From contig OZ176051.1 in the NCBI GenBank assembly GCA_964247055.1, positions 7,316,001 to 7,380,000 on the forward strand: a stretch of 64,000 nt of DNA, in the 5' to 3' direction. A program made the position numbers and the translations under genes. The notes below the pieces were generated by a model. It saw only the letters and a program-made list of their open reading frames with translations, was not told where the DNA came from and ran no database searches. This document shows positions 38,001 through 51,809 of the stretch, in pieces (positions within the stretch are counted from its first letter, which is position 1; each line of letters opens with the position of its first letter). Origin of the DNA: Paragordius varius. Taxonomy: Eukaryota > Animalia > Nematomorpha.

Positions 38001-41000
38001 TTGTGTATCGAATGGTTGGGAGTGTTTGAAAAGATGTTGCAGGAGCAATTTTTTCAAACCAAGTTTGCATTTGACACTATCTTGGTAAGATCGGAACATT
38101 TTTATTTTAAAATTTTGTAACCTAATCTTGGATGTAAAAAGCTGAAAGTTGAATAAAAATCAAATCCATTTATTATCAGTTTTTCAGTAAAAATCGCTGT
38201 TTTGGACTTTTGTTTGATTTACAATTTGAGCAATAGAGTTTCTGGAAGTAGATTACACTAGACAACAAATTTTAACTTTTTTTAACTGCCATTCTTGTAA
38301 ATAAAATTTATTTCATTAAAGTGCATAATTAGTATATCTGAAAAGAAAATTGGTTTAGCATGCAAGAATTTTTTTATATTAGAGTTTATCGATAATTTTT
38401 GGCCCCGATTAAACATTAAACTGGAAATTTCGAAAATTAAAAGTTTTAGATATGAAGCTATGTATTTTATATCATTCGAAAGAGCGCAAAAACTGCATCT
38501 TTTAAATGGTAGTAAGTCATTTAAATCAATCGGATGTAAAAGTTATTTGGATGTAAATGGTCGAAATTTATAATCCTTAAATAAGTCAAGAATTTTCACA
38601 GACAAACTAATTTGAAAATCATATAAATTATTTAAATATAATTATTAGGGTTATATTAGTATTTAATTTAAAAAAATATTTGAAAAAGCTTTTGGTTTGC
38701 TTTTTTAATAAAAATTATTAATATCATAAATATTTTACCTTGTGAATACTAAAATGCATAATTTTAACTGTAAATTTATTACATAATGGCTATAAAAGAT
38801 TAAAAATACCTTAAACTTTGTTTTTATCTTTAAAATTTTGAAATTATCATCCTCGTAAAGAAAATAAATAAATATTGATGAGATGGTAATTTTTAAAAAA
38901 CAAAAAACTTGAGTGACATAAAAGCAATAAAAAATGTTTTAAACAAAAAACTTTCTTGTGTTATCTTTTTTGGACATTCATAAACCATCAAAACAAAATT
39001 TGAGCTATTTTCATCCATTAGTTTTTAAAATATATTAATTAAAAAATGCTCTCGCTTCGCGCGTTTGTCGCTCTTTGTGTCCAATATTAACTGTCGATGT
39101 AATACATATTAGTCTGAATTTTATAGAGTTTTTATTACTCTTTCGAATGATATATTACAAATGGGCATTACTTGTATATTTTTAAAGAAAAACATTTTTT
39201 AGTAAAATTTTGATAAAGAGGGCGCATAATCAAAAAAAAACAAATCATACAATATTCTTCCATCGAGTTATAATTTTTATTTCAGATTTACTGTTAAAAT
39301 GATACTAAATATGAGAAAATGCTAAAAACTCGAGTGGCAGAAAAATTTGTTGTCTAGTGTTGTTTAAAAATGTCAGAACAATTTTGGTGCAATGATAAAT
39401 CTATTTTGTAACTAAAATTATATGAAGAAAATATACGTGAAACTCAATCTGCCATTAATATTATTCTTTACAAATAGAATTTTTCTTAATAAGCTAAATA
39501 TAATGTAGATAACTATTTGATTGGCAAATAAAGCTGTTTATATTTCCAATGCTGCCTTCTGCATATCAAAAGACCTCTAATTAAATTTATTATCTAAAGA
39601 TTAAATAGCATATAAACATTTACCCAAAGTAATGTAATGGGAATTTTAAAATTTTGGAGTTTTGCTGGTTTTTTCCGTAATTTGGAAATTGCGGCTTTAT
39701 ATTGTTATGAAACAATGAGAAGCATGTGAGGAAAATCAAATAAAAATAACGAAAATCCAAAAAATACAAATTTTTTGAGGGACCTAAAAAGATACATAGC
39801 CTCGACATACCCTCTTTGGGATCTTTAATATAAGTCATAAACTTAAATAATATTAACAAATGGAGTTTTTACATAATTATTTTTTAACATATTACGACAA
39901 TGTCATAAAGTTTACTTCTATTTTTGTGGAATTAAAATATTTATTGATACTTAAAATAATTTTAAATATTTTTTTAAAATATATTAGGTTTTATATAATA
40001 TATAGAAGTTGTATCGTGTTGCTTAATAAATTTATAAAATATGGACAAAAATCTATTTCTAGTCAAAAATGAAAAAATTGGAAGATTTCCATTTTGGGGC
40101 GCATTTTTGCCCCTAAATTTTTGGGATCTCATTTTCCAAGGGATTTCTTATTATTGTAGATAAAACTCGTGTTCGTTTACTTTTTTACCCGCCTTTTTTG
40201 CGCACAGTGTTATGTACAAATACTTTAATTTAGATTTGGATGATTTATGGAAATATGCGGTTTACTACGGTCAAGAAGTAAATAATAACACAAAAAGTAC
40301 CATTCTTCCAGCGATTGCTAACTCTGGTGTGGATTCTGATTTACCTGACCTTTCCAACACTTCAATATATTGTTGTGGGACAAATTGTTTTTATCGTACC
40401 TGGATTCATGTCAAAATTGGATGTATATAAATTATCTTTTTCTTATAAAAAATATTTTAAAATAAAAAAAATTATTCATATAAAAGCAAAAAAAAATTAG
40501 CTAAAACTTTTTATCGTTTAGTACAAAAAAAAGAATTTTTTTATTTAATCATTGATTATTCAAAATCAGCAAACTTTTATCATACATCATCACTTTCTTT
40601 CATATATTAGCATATGTTTATTTCAAAACATTTATTTCATAATTTTTTTTAAAATGACATATCCTACTTTTTTAAGCCACAATTATTTGATATTTTGTGC
40701 CCATTATATAAAACATTGTTTACATAAAGGATTAACCCTATATTTTTTCTCTTTTTTTTTATTGCCCTCAGATCGGAGCTATTTTTGTTTAAATCAATGC
40801 AACTTTATTAGTAATGCCAACAATATATATATATATTTAAAACCAACAATTTTTTTATCATAAAGAGTGCAATTATTAAAAAAGTATTAAATTGTTTTTT
40901 TATATAAAATATTTTTGTTATTATCATATACTACTTTGATTTTATATAAATTAAATATTTTTAGGTTGCAAAATTAATGGTTGCATGAAACCTTGGTTGT

Positions 41001-44000
41001 ACAAAGGGTTAGCCCTATTTTTTTGTCTTTTATCCATTTCACTTATTTGGTCGGAGCTGTTTTTATTTAAACGGACGCAACCTGTACTTTCATTATTTGC
41101 CATTTTACTGCAAGAGGCCAAGAAACATTTGCACAATTACATATTTGTTGAGGTTTATTTTGATATCATTGATTGAGTTGAAATTTATTGATTTTGTGCT
41201 TTTTCTTTTTAATTTTTTCTAAAAACTTTTTATAAAACATAAATACATTAAACGAATTATTTTTGATGGTCTGAAATAAATATTAGACCCATTATCTAAT
41301 TTTATCGTAATAATGTATAATTTAAAATTTATTTAGATATCTTATTTAATTTTTTTATAGTTTACATTTTGATATAATTTATCGTTTAATTATTATGCTA
41401 TAAATATAGATTGTATCAATTATAACACTAACTTACATCAGCTTATGTGCTTATTTCACCGTTTTCCGGCTCAGAATATTTGATTTATATTGTCTTTTGC
41501 CTAATCACCATACTGACGAATACAGTCTACTATTCTCGGCCATGTATGATTACTTTCTTAACCAAAAAATATATTTTTTTAATTAATTACTGTTTTATAA
41601 TTAAAAATAAAATTATAAAAAAATAAAATTATTTGTAAAGAAAACTATCTGAATCCTTTATTTTTTACCTATAACCTATAGATTACAATTTATATAGGGT
41701 GTTACCAAATTTATATCTCTATTACTTATTTCGGAATTAAAAAAGATATAAAAATTTAATTTTATTAAATATTTTAGTTTTCTAATTAGTATTTTACTGT
41801 TTTGTTTTTATCACCATTTGTTTCATAATGGACAATTAAATTTGATAAATTTTATATTTAAATATTTTTTTATTAAGGTTAATTTCACGTTTAACATCAC
41901 CGCTTTGCTTAAATTTCCTTGGCCTCATACATATGGATCAAGGTTATACAGTATCGTATAAAAATCTTAATTACCTCGTATCTCAACAATACCAATCTTC
42001 AACTGATCGCCATGGTTCAACTATATTGGATACGGCTTTTATACAAGTATCAATTATTACACAATTAGGATTTTTTATAAATGTCATTCTTTTTAACAAT
42101 AAAATTGTAAATATTTATCAAAAATTTGGTGCAATATGTTTGGATTCTAAATAATTTCAATGAAGAATGTATCAATAGTATTGTGAAACGTTTTACGCAC
42201 CTTATATTTCAATTTTACTATAAACACAGAGTAAATTGTCATCTACTTTAACTTTTATTTTGTTAAATATTATTTTTGCCTCATACATATTAATGATCAT
42301 CGCTGTGGTATTAATGGCTATATTTACTTAGATTTTTATGGTATGAATATTCATTTATATTATTTTTGTTACAATATATGTGTATGGTTGCATTAAACAC
42401 CCATAAATTATAAAATTTGTGGGTTAAAGAAGGGAATTAATTAACTTTTTTAGTAAAATTGATTGGTAATTTATTAAGAAAATTGAGCAAATGTTATTTC
42501 ATCCAATGTGCATACATGGATTTAAAACTTTACAATTTATTTTTGTTTAAAAGATACTTTAAAATGCGCATTTATTTTTAATATTAACACTCGAGAAAGT
42601 TGAGTTTCTATTACATAAAATTTTAATTTTATATATAAATTTATTTGTTTTATCAATTTTTTTGATATTTATCTAAATGATTATTTATTAGGTAATGGGT
42701 CGATTAAGCCTTATACCCATCATTGGACAAGGTTTTAACGTTTATTTCCCAATGTTAATTGCACTACTTTGTGTAATTCATTACTTTGATTTGGTTGGCA
42801 AATTTGGGCACAGTATTGGTTACAGTAAATTCACCACGGGTGATTTTAATCGTTACTATAGTGTCGCTAGTGGGAATAGGTAATGCATACTATAAATTTT
42901 TACAGTAAAAATTGATTTCATACGAATTTTTTTTAAAGACAACCATACTTTTTATATCCTGATTATTTTAATATACTGATAGTTTAACAAAATGCAATGT
43001 ATAAAATACCAATCTATGTATTTTACGAATTACTTTAAATGATATTTATAGAATATATTAAGGTTAAAGTATGGTAGCCGTTTTAAAAAAATATATATTT
43101 TTACGTTTTGTCCGTATGATTTGATTTTATTGAAATTACCTTTTACATTACGGAAATACATTGATGCATTATGTTAAAAGATAAATATAAAATGACTGTA
43201 ATATAATTTATGCCTGTTAGCACTATTCACCCGTTTTTTCGGACTTTTCAAAAACGTTATTAAATTTGTGTGTTTTGTAGTAATTTGATACATCAAATAT
43301 TTGTATTTTATTATAGGAAAACGTGTATTTTATGTTCGTCTTTTTGTTGTAACCGAAAGCACAACAACACGGCTGATATAATTGAGGAAAATATGAAACA
43401 TTCACGTATAAAATCTATGGTGGAGGAAGGAAAGATTTTAGTTAAACGAGGTAATTTAAATATCGTTATTTTAAAAGTTTATTGGGGCATTAAATATGTA
43501 AATTTATAAAATAAGATAAGAATATATATACATATATATATATATATAAGTTGCTTAACATCTTGTATATAATTCTTATTAAATTATTTTCAAAAGGACA
43601 TTTTTAAATCAATTACGGTTTATAATAACTAATTAAACTCCTACTGTTATAATTTGTTAAAATTTCATGGCTTAATACCCACATCGTGGTTTAAAAATTT
43701 AAATCGTATTATTTTAATATTTTATTATTACTGAGCTTTTTAACAGGTATATTTAATATTATTTACAAAAATATTATATATAAAAAAATTAAAATTAAAT
43801 CTTTTCTCACTGTCATTGGTTCTTTAAGGCTTAAACACCGACAAACTTACAAAATTCCTTATTTAAATATTGATTAGCAAATGTTCGTTTGTTTATGGAC
43901 GTTATTTATTTTAAAAAAGTTTGCCATAAGAGACATGGGATCAACCTAATATTTTTCATATGATTATGTTTAGAATTCCGAAACCTTTATTTGGAATCTC

Positions 44001-45036
44001 ACAATTACAGAGATTTATCTGGCAATAATAAAGCACCTACTCGCAATTCCCTTAACGAGAATAATGGGTATGACCATCAACAGCAAACTTATGAGGAAAG
44101 AATGCAGGAAAAAACTTATCAAACTATTATGCGGAAAAAGTATTCAGCAATTGGTAATTCCTTATCTGATAATACGGACCCTAACCAAAACCCAAACGGT
44201 AATAAACATCTTTCTTATAATTCTCCCAATGCTATATTGCAACACTCTTCATCTCGGGATCAATTGTTACCAAAGGGTGGTGGTGGTGAAAAGGATAGTT
44301 TGGGCATGATTAAAGATTTTTTTCAGGACAAAATACCCAAAGACATAAACATAAATACGGAAGAAATTATAAATAAGGTATGGGATTAATCAATTTAATT
44401 ATTATTAAATTTGTTACCATATATCTAGAATTATGCGAAAATATCTATTATTTATGTAAAGGTTAAATAGTAGAATTATGATTAACAAAGTTAAATTTTT
44501 TTAATAAAAGCCGCTCTTTTAAAAATTGTTGTTAACCATCTGAAATCTTTTTTTATGTCTATATAATTAGGGTTGTATAATATGTAGTTAGGAGTACGAT
44601 ATATTATGACCCGTGTATTTAACAGCTTTTTGACTTGTACAAAAAGATCATCAACAATATGATTGGCTTTAACTGCTAAAACCCCATATTATTTATGACA
44701 CGCCGTATCTCTTAAAGAATTCTTTCAATATATTTTTCACATCTTGTTTAATTTATCATAAATTAATTATTTTTTACGTGCATTAATTAGGCAAAAGAAG
44801 GATTAAAAAAGGCGTCACTTTTTTCCTCCCAAACTTTTTCGGGTCTCAAAGATTTTCTAGCTACTCCGTCGGGTTCAGGCGGCATAAATGTAACCGAAAA
44901 TAAAAGATTTGAACAACAAAAACCATTTTATTCTCATCAAAGAACTGATTTAACAGCTAATTTGGACAATTCATCATCGATACTAAACGCGAAACATGGT
45001 GAACAACCACCACGAAATTTATTTGAAGATGTTTAA
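29078..45036 (+). CDS. LMBRD2: LMBR1 domain-containing protein 2 homolog (multi-pass membrane protein), 15 exons, ~929 aa
   Basis: Exons 29078-29251, 29283-29488, 30152-30319, 31085-31310, 32021-32095, 32351-32493, 33294-33439, 40234-40422, 40965-41152, 41410-41543, 41878-42046, 42692-42879, 43317-43450, 43974-44377, 44791-45036; total 2790 nt in frame. Family motifs: YGNWKRQ, ILPLDVS, WRIVYWTSQVLTW, MQSYAKAGNF, SNTWGL..LLGYGL..IPR, HHTDEYSLLFS, PLCLNFLGLIHMD, GFNVYFPM; C-terminus PPRNLFEDV. Confidence 0.95.
32925..33075 (+). repeat. Dispersed repeat fragment; relatives at ~2430-2600 (+) and ~48120-48245 (-)
   Basis: Shared ATGCGCCTAAAA..AAGCAT..TTTTAAATTT.GC..ATACCTTAAATA block. Confidence 0.5.
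34780..35310 (+). pseudogene. 3'-terminal RTE reverse transcriptase fragment inside the left arm
   Basis: TVIRPVLTYASECW, RGRPFKDW, ALDRTSWIKKI, followed by a CAACAACAACA tail. Confidence 0.75.
35365..36288 (-). pseudogene. Chapaev3-like transposase, C-terminal half, disrupted (left arm)
   Basis: Mirror copy: LIADYK|VLSICCGLKGGYPTY, PPLHIKLGL, GPQIERL, FLGNFK, GANMSIKLHLVDSHFD (ORF 35862-35464). Introns at 36132-36110 and 35983-35950. Confidence 0.85.
36420..37365 (+). pseudogene. Chapaev3-like transposase, C-terminal half, intron-containing, disrupted (right arm)
   Basis: IFID, KYPPI, CGLKGGYPTYACLFC, IIPPLHIKLGLV, GYLTGPQI, FLGN, GAN.AIKLH, EERFHQ, MIGEYYW, with frameshifts and stops. Introns at 36619-36641, 36773-36800 and ~37122-37182. 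Confidence 0.85.
37420..37950 (-). pseudogene. Inverted duplicate of the RTE fragment inside the right arm
   Basis: Reverse complement of 34780-35310, with substitutions. Confidence 0.75.
38256..39359. mobile_element. Nested non-autonomous TIR element (CAC...GTG, Chapaev3-type ends) in the right arm only
   Basis: Perfect 18-bp TIR CACTAGACAACAAATTTT; flanks TTA/TTG; sequence absent from the left arm at the equivalent site. Confidence 0.8.
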
Positions 45037-45611
45037 CAAAATAATATAAAATTATAGCATACAAATCACTCTTACTCAAATGTATATGTATATCTAATTA
45101 TTTAATGATATATTAAGCAGCTTAATTTATAGTTAATAATTATTTATTCTATAATTCTTGCAAAAACTTTTAATCTTTTTATCCATGTAATTTCGTAATA
45201 TATTTATTTGCTTTAGTGAAATAAAAAACACTATTTTTTAACTCAGTTGTTATACAGGTTTTTTGCTCCGATATGAGTGTATTTATACCAAAATCTTATA
45301 TATGTATGTTTTTTAGTCAAACGATGTTATTTGAATGTAACAAAATTATTTAAATTATAGTTCAATGGGTATAAACTGAAATTTTGATACATTTAATGGA
45401 TAAATCACTATTATTAAATTCTAAATATATATATATATATATATATATACAGTACACTTAATGTATTACGTGTACTGCTAATTTTTTCATTTAAAAATTG
45501 GCAGATTTTAGTCGTTAGGTTATTTTTAATCCGATGGGTGGCACATAGTTACCAAAAATAATGTACTAAGTAGGATTTGTTTAAAAATTATTGCATTTAT
45601 TATATCCTAGT

Positions 45612-46265
45612 TAGGGTTGTGCTGACCAAGTCATGACCCGGTCAGTGACGATTCATTTTTTGATCACGGTTATTTGAAAAAAATAGATGTTTTTTGAAAA
45701 ATTAGTAATTTTTTTGAAAGACGATAGTAAGTTTATATTTTAATATATTTTATATAAGTAAATTTAAATATATTAAATAATAGACATTTAAATATGCTTA
45801 TTTAACAATATATTAATGTTTAACATGCATCCTTATAACATTAGCATTTAATATTCAGTTTCGAATAACAAAACAATCAAGCCTTGTGCAAAATATGCAA
45901 TTACATATATGCAAACTAAAATAAAAAACATCTATATTAATTTATGGATAAAGAAAGTATAAAAAATTAGGTAAATTTGAAATATCCATTATTATAAATT
46001 ATGTATTTGAAGATTAAGAAGGCCACAAACATGTGGCAAAATATGTTTGAAAACAAAACTCTTGATTATATTTGATTAAATATATTTGTAAATAATAAAT
46101 ATAAAAAATGTATGATACAAACTTTTAAAAACATAACATCATTAGTGAAGCGCAAGTTACAGCTTTATTTAATCTTCAATATCGCATGTTATTTACTTAA
46201 GTAAAAAGTGGTCATTGTGGGTCCCATTGGACTTGTTTGAAAGGGCAGTCAAATGCGTAACCCTA
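45612..46265. mobile_element. Probable hAT non-autonomous element
   Basis: Ends TAGGGTTG / TAACCCTA; flanks ATCCTAGT/ATCTTAAT (6/8). Confidence 0.5.
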
Positions 46266-46839
46266 ATCTTAATCCATTGAAATTATTAGCAGTTGTAAAT
46301 TGTAAGATTGGCTGCCGTATAAGGTTTATATTTCAATGCTGGAAATAAGAAAATGCGAATTAGCTGCAGGCTAATAAAAATATTGTCTCTCCACGAAATT
46401 CGAAATTTATTTCAATCTAAATGATCTTATGACAAAGCTTTTGATTTATTTGAAGGGTTTAATAATTCTTATTTTTTAACACAGACGCCAGTAAGTGATT
46501 AAATATTTTGTTTTATCATGATAAAAAAATATTTAAATTATGTAATTAAACAAATATATCCATATACTGAGATAATTTCATTCTGGTACTCGGGACCATT
46601 AGTTTACATTATCCTAATTACTTACTATCCTTGAAAACAGTTGCATTTCTTAGATATACTTATCATAGTTTTTTAGGTTTTAAATTTCTTTAAAACCCGA
46701 TTTTTGCGTTATTTCATTAAATTTTAACATTTTTATATCTTACTCTTTTCGGGCCTTTACAAATTTTAAATAAAGCGCTAATATAAACCATGTGCACTAT
46801 AATGTTCATAGTGAAATAAAGTATGAGTAATTATACTAT

Positions 46840-46987
46840 TAGAAGGTTTTTAATTATTGCCAAATAGTAATTACAACAAAGGGCAGTATTATTGGCTTAT
46901 AGTTATATTTTTCACTTTTTGCTATTATTAACCAATAATACTAGCCTTTGTTGTATTCACTATTTGGCAATAATTAATAACTTTCTA
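46840..46987. mobile_element. Small palindromic MITE; related copy at ~477-583
   Basis: Inverted AATTATTGCCAAATA / TATTTGGCAAATAATT; the ACAAAGGGCAGTAT block is also present at 530-550. Confidence 0.55.
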
Positions 46988-47399
46988 GCAATGTAATATT
47001 TGCATAACATTTTTCATCCCCTCTCTATACATACATTAATTATTATTCATTTTTATGATGCGCATGCGGCCCTCCAAGATATTATGTATGGCCCGTGAAA
47101 AATTTGGAAATCTATGAACAATAATATGATTGAAAAATCTCAGTAAAATTGATATGAACTTTTTACCATAAAAAAATTGTATTGTGTTAAAATTTAATCT
47201 TATGTTATATAAATAAAAATTTAATAATGCCCATATATCTTTTTCAAATGCGGCTCGCAGAGTTTTTAATGTCAAAATGCCCCCGCAAAGCATTTGTATT
47301 GCCTCTGTTTTTAAACCTTTATCCATACTTAAAGTTTATATTTGTAGTTAATATAAAAACCCTATGTTATTATAATTTAATATAATTAATTTATTTTTT

Positions 47400-50300
47400 T
47401 CATATGTTATGCTTCAAACACTCGGCAAACGATTTTTTCAAAAAAATGTTCCCAGTTGGTAAATGAATATCAGAAAAGAATTCAGAGTCGTTTCTGTGTG
47501 TGTCGGGGCAGATTATATCTACCAAAAGTTCTTTCGTCAACATCAATCTTGAGACAAAACTTGAATTGTAATTCAAATAGATTGTTAATGTAGAGCCATC
47601 TTGCATCAACCATACCTTATTCAAAAAATGATAAAATCACAATTTATATTAACCAGCAAGGATTGGAACCGGAAGTGCGGTTCCAAAAAAAATATTTTAA
47701 TTCTTTTAGTAAAATCCTTATTTTTATATTTTTTTGGATAAAGTGAAAATCAGATTAATACATTAGGCAGTTTTTACCTTGTATTTCATAAAGGTTAATT
47801 TTGAACTTAAATATTGAGAACTTGTTTTTTAGTGGACAGATTTAGCATAAAAAATATTTTTAACTTACTTTTAGTCGGATAGAACCAACCTTAAAAATGA
47901 AATATTTATTTTAAACAACGAAATTGGTTTTTCCTGTTAATGTAGTATTGTATAGGCAAAATACTTAAGGTCCAATTAATTTTATTTGCAAATATTCATC
48001 AATCAAGAGCACGGTTTTTTTGGCATATGGGATTTTACCATATTTTTTCAATGAATATTGTTTTTTTCTTTTTTGCGGTTATTTTATCCCCCAGAGCGAT
48101 ATCACTTTTGAATATCTTATAAAGTATTTAAAATATTAGGCTAAATTTAAAAATGTGCTTTCTCTAGCATTTTAGGCGCATGCTTCAAGAATTTTAAAAC
48201 TAAAATTGTTAAAAATCCTATCTCAAACTTTTTCGCCACCATTTTTTTCTTATTAAATTGCAAAAGGCTAATAAATATGGTAATGCAATTATCTTTAGAA
48301 AGCCAGGTTACATTAACCAGAAAACCCTTAATTTATTGATTCTAAAATCAGCTGTTTATTTTAATCGTGTTTTGAAGCTGTGCCAATTTTAGACTCTAAA
48401 AATTAAAAATTATAAAAATCATAATCTATTTTGTCAAAAACAATGAAAAAATATGATTATATTTGCTTTAAAATTCGGTTTTCCCATATCTTTGTTGATT
48501 TTCTGAATAAAAATTTACTTTTTACCGTCTTTTTTGGATTTTTATCGTTAATAACGGCTAAAGAAATTTATGTTAATAAATATATAACTAAGCTTTAAAA
48601 TTACATTTTAGCAGTAATTTTTTGTATTTATTGATTTAAAATCAGCTGTCTGTCTTAATCGGGTAGTTATCATCTGGTACTCCTAAAGTTAAAAACCTGT
48701 AATTTTTTATAAGAAATACAATTTTTAATTATTAAATTTCATAAAAAACTTTCAAGAGTATTATTTGATCTTTGGAGCACAAAATAACACCGAAATGTAA
48801 TCAATAAAAATTTAAAAAACAAAGAAGTATTACAGTATGTAATGGTTGCTTATTTCACACTATAGTTGGGCAATTCGCAACACAGTCGTGTATGGAAAAA
48901 TCAACAGAATGTCGAATAAACATTTTTTTCCTTTCTTTTTTCGGTACACTACTGTGTTGCAAATTGCCTAACTATACCATTGAAACGCATACTGTGTAAA
49001 TAATTAATTTGGCTCATTAAACAAAAATATAATATTTGTAAAATGAAACTTATTACCGATAATGCATTGTATAAATTTTTGACTAAATATCCAGTAATAA
49101 TATTCAATGTCCATATTTGACAGGGACGGTTTTGTGTAATAGTAATTGAAACCTATTACAAATGATTTAATTATGTATGATGTTGATAGAAGCCAATAAT
49201 TGATATCAATATAATAGACTATATAACTCCCACTTAATGATTAGTGGAGTATAAAATTGGCGATAAGGTCATTCTCGATTATGAAATTGGTTTTGTATAC
49301 TGAATTTATAGTGAACCAAACCTATTTTGTCATTACCATAGAAAACCTTTTTGAGTGAGCACGTCTTATAAAACGGCACATTTTTAATCTAAAAATAGCA
49401 CAAACAATGTTACGCTTGATCTGACAAAAATTGGAGTTTGTGCACCTCTTATATTTATGATAGCAAAATAATTCTAATGATTACAACCCTAAATTACACT
49501 TTATATCATTTTATGAATAAAAGATAAAAATATTGCACTTTATTGGATGCGGCGCTGCCCTACTATGCGTTTTCAAGATTCTCATCAACACAATAATTTA
49601 TTCACAATTTCCTACGAATGATAGTAATTGTGAATGAATGACCAATTGATGTCATTGAAAATTTGGCAAAAGTTGGTCAACATTTTGCGAGAATTATTGG
49701 GCACGGATGCGATACAATAAATTTACAATTTAGAAAACTATTATAATTTGAGGTGGTTTTCATAGAAAAATTTTAAGTTAGTGGCTTGAATTTTTGTTAT
49801 ATATACCATACCATTTGCACTAGGATGTTTTTTTAACACTCTTGAAGTAGTTTGTAAACATTTAAGTGTCTTTAAACATTAGTTGATACTCTAACATTTT
49901 AATTTGTTTTTTTATTAATTGAACCATGTTCATTCCAAACTATCATTTCCATAATCTTTATTTCACCAAAATTTTCATTTTTCAGTCAAGAAATGACCTT
50001 TATTTATTTTGTAAATCAATAAATAAGGTTTTAATGCTTAATCAAATAAATTTATGTGTTAATTAACTTTTTCATTAAAATCATAAAGTCTTAAAAATTA
50101 ATGAATTGAAAAATTGGAAACAAAAAAAAATTTTAGATGAAAAAAATTTTTTAAATGTAATAAAAACTAATAAATAATTTTAATATTATGGCTATATGCA
50201 GACTTAAAAAGCCTAAAGACGAACTTTAAATATTTAAGTCAACAGACGTATTTAAGGACTGACTTGAAGGTCAAAGGGAAACTAGAGCACATTCTTGAAG

Positions 50301-51774
50301 TAAAAATGTATATTAAAAAAACGGGATCAAATAAATCAAAGCTCAATGAAAATTGGTCAAATTCTTTTCAATGCTTAATGAAATCAAAAATTCATTTTAT
50401 TCTCTAATTTAATTTTTTTTCATTGTTAACCAAACCCTTATTTGCGAATATCGATTACTTATGTTTGATCAAAAAAGTAGTATTGGTTACAAAATTTAAA
50501 CAAAAATAAACAACATACTGGTTTACGAGTGTATATGTTAAAATCGGTCCATACACCTACAGCATCTTTTATCGATTCAAGATCAAAAAGGGTTACATAT
50601 ACATTTTTTTCCCGGTAAACTTTTTTCATGGAAGATTTATAGCTAATATAATAATAACGGGTGCTGGCCGATTCCTGCACCTTCAATGGAATTCGTCTAA
50701 ATAGAATAAGTTAATATAGTTGTTATAACGATCGAGATACTTTGCATACATAGTATTAAATAAATATCAAAGTTTGGTTTCTTCATAACATCACAAAAAA
50801 ATATTTAAATATATATGATAGAAAAATTTATCAGGATTTTCATAATGCTATTGGTTTTGGCCCTTACGAGTATTTGAGAAAGTCATTTACACTTTTGAGG
50901 GAAGTATATCATAAAATGGCAAAATTGCGCACATTTTTTTAAATAAATTTCAAATAATATCACTAAAAGATATCATAAACCACATATAAAAAGACAATAT
51001 TATTAGATGTGGCCTTTCCCTTTTTGGTTCTCTTATTGACATAAGTATGCCTTTGAAATATATGCTAATTGCAACCAATATTATATTTTAAAAAAATACA
51101 CTTTTTTCAAATATTTAATTTTGGCAAAATCTATAAATCATACTCTATTTTGAGGCGGAAGCGGTATATTCACTCCAGGTTATTATAACGTACAATTCCA
51201 TAATGCTGAACACTTTCTATCACCTTAGAATTGTGAATATAATATTGTTTCGTCTTCAAACTTATTTTAAATATAATTGGTTTTTTCAAATTAATCATAA
51301 TTGAACGAACCTTTAAATTATAGCTCTGAAGCGACAGAAACGTTCAGCATCAGTGAAGTATATAATTATAATTCAAAGCGTATTTATACAGTTTTCATCA
51401 TTTTGAAATAAACTAATTTTGGTAAAAATTAATTTGAAAAAAATAATCCCTTTTTAAAAATATATATATAAAATTTTGCATATATTTAAAATTTTTATCA
51501 TGCAATCTCGGCATTTTTGCGTTGAGAAAATTATTTTAGAAGAGCCAAAATGGGATTTTCGGTTAAGATAATTGTTTTGCTTTTTTTATAGAGTTAAATA
51601 TATTTTAATGTAATGAAGCATTTATCTTTACCGAAATTATTTAAAAAAATGTGCGCAAATTATGCTATTTTTTTATATCGAGCACTTACTACAACAGTGT
51701 AAAAATCTTTCTTACCATTCGTAAGTGCTAAAACAAAATGCACCATGATAAATAATCCTGATATTTTTTTATCA

Positions 51775-51809
<35 letters not shown>

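Larger units (their letters stand above)
33633..40209. mobile_element. 6.6-kb palindromic Chapaev3-like (CMC superfamily) DNA transposon derivative in LMBRD2 intron 7
   Basis: Termini CAC...GTG with a TTA duplication (33630-33632 and 40210-40212), the signature described for Chapaev3. Arms ~33633-36288 and ~36461-40209 are diverged inverted copies, each with the 3' half of a transposase. Confidence 0.8.

Noticed and set aside
17799-51806. (TA)n tracts at ~17799, 22178, 23516, 45425 and 51778
   Set aside because: Ordinary microsatellites expected in an AT-rich genome.
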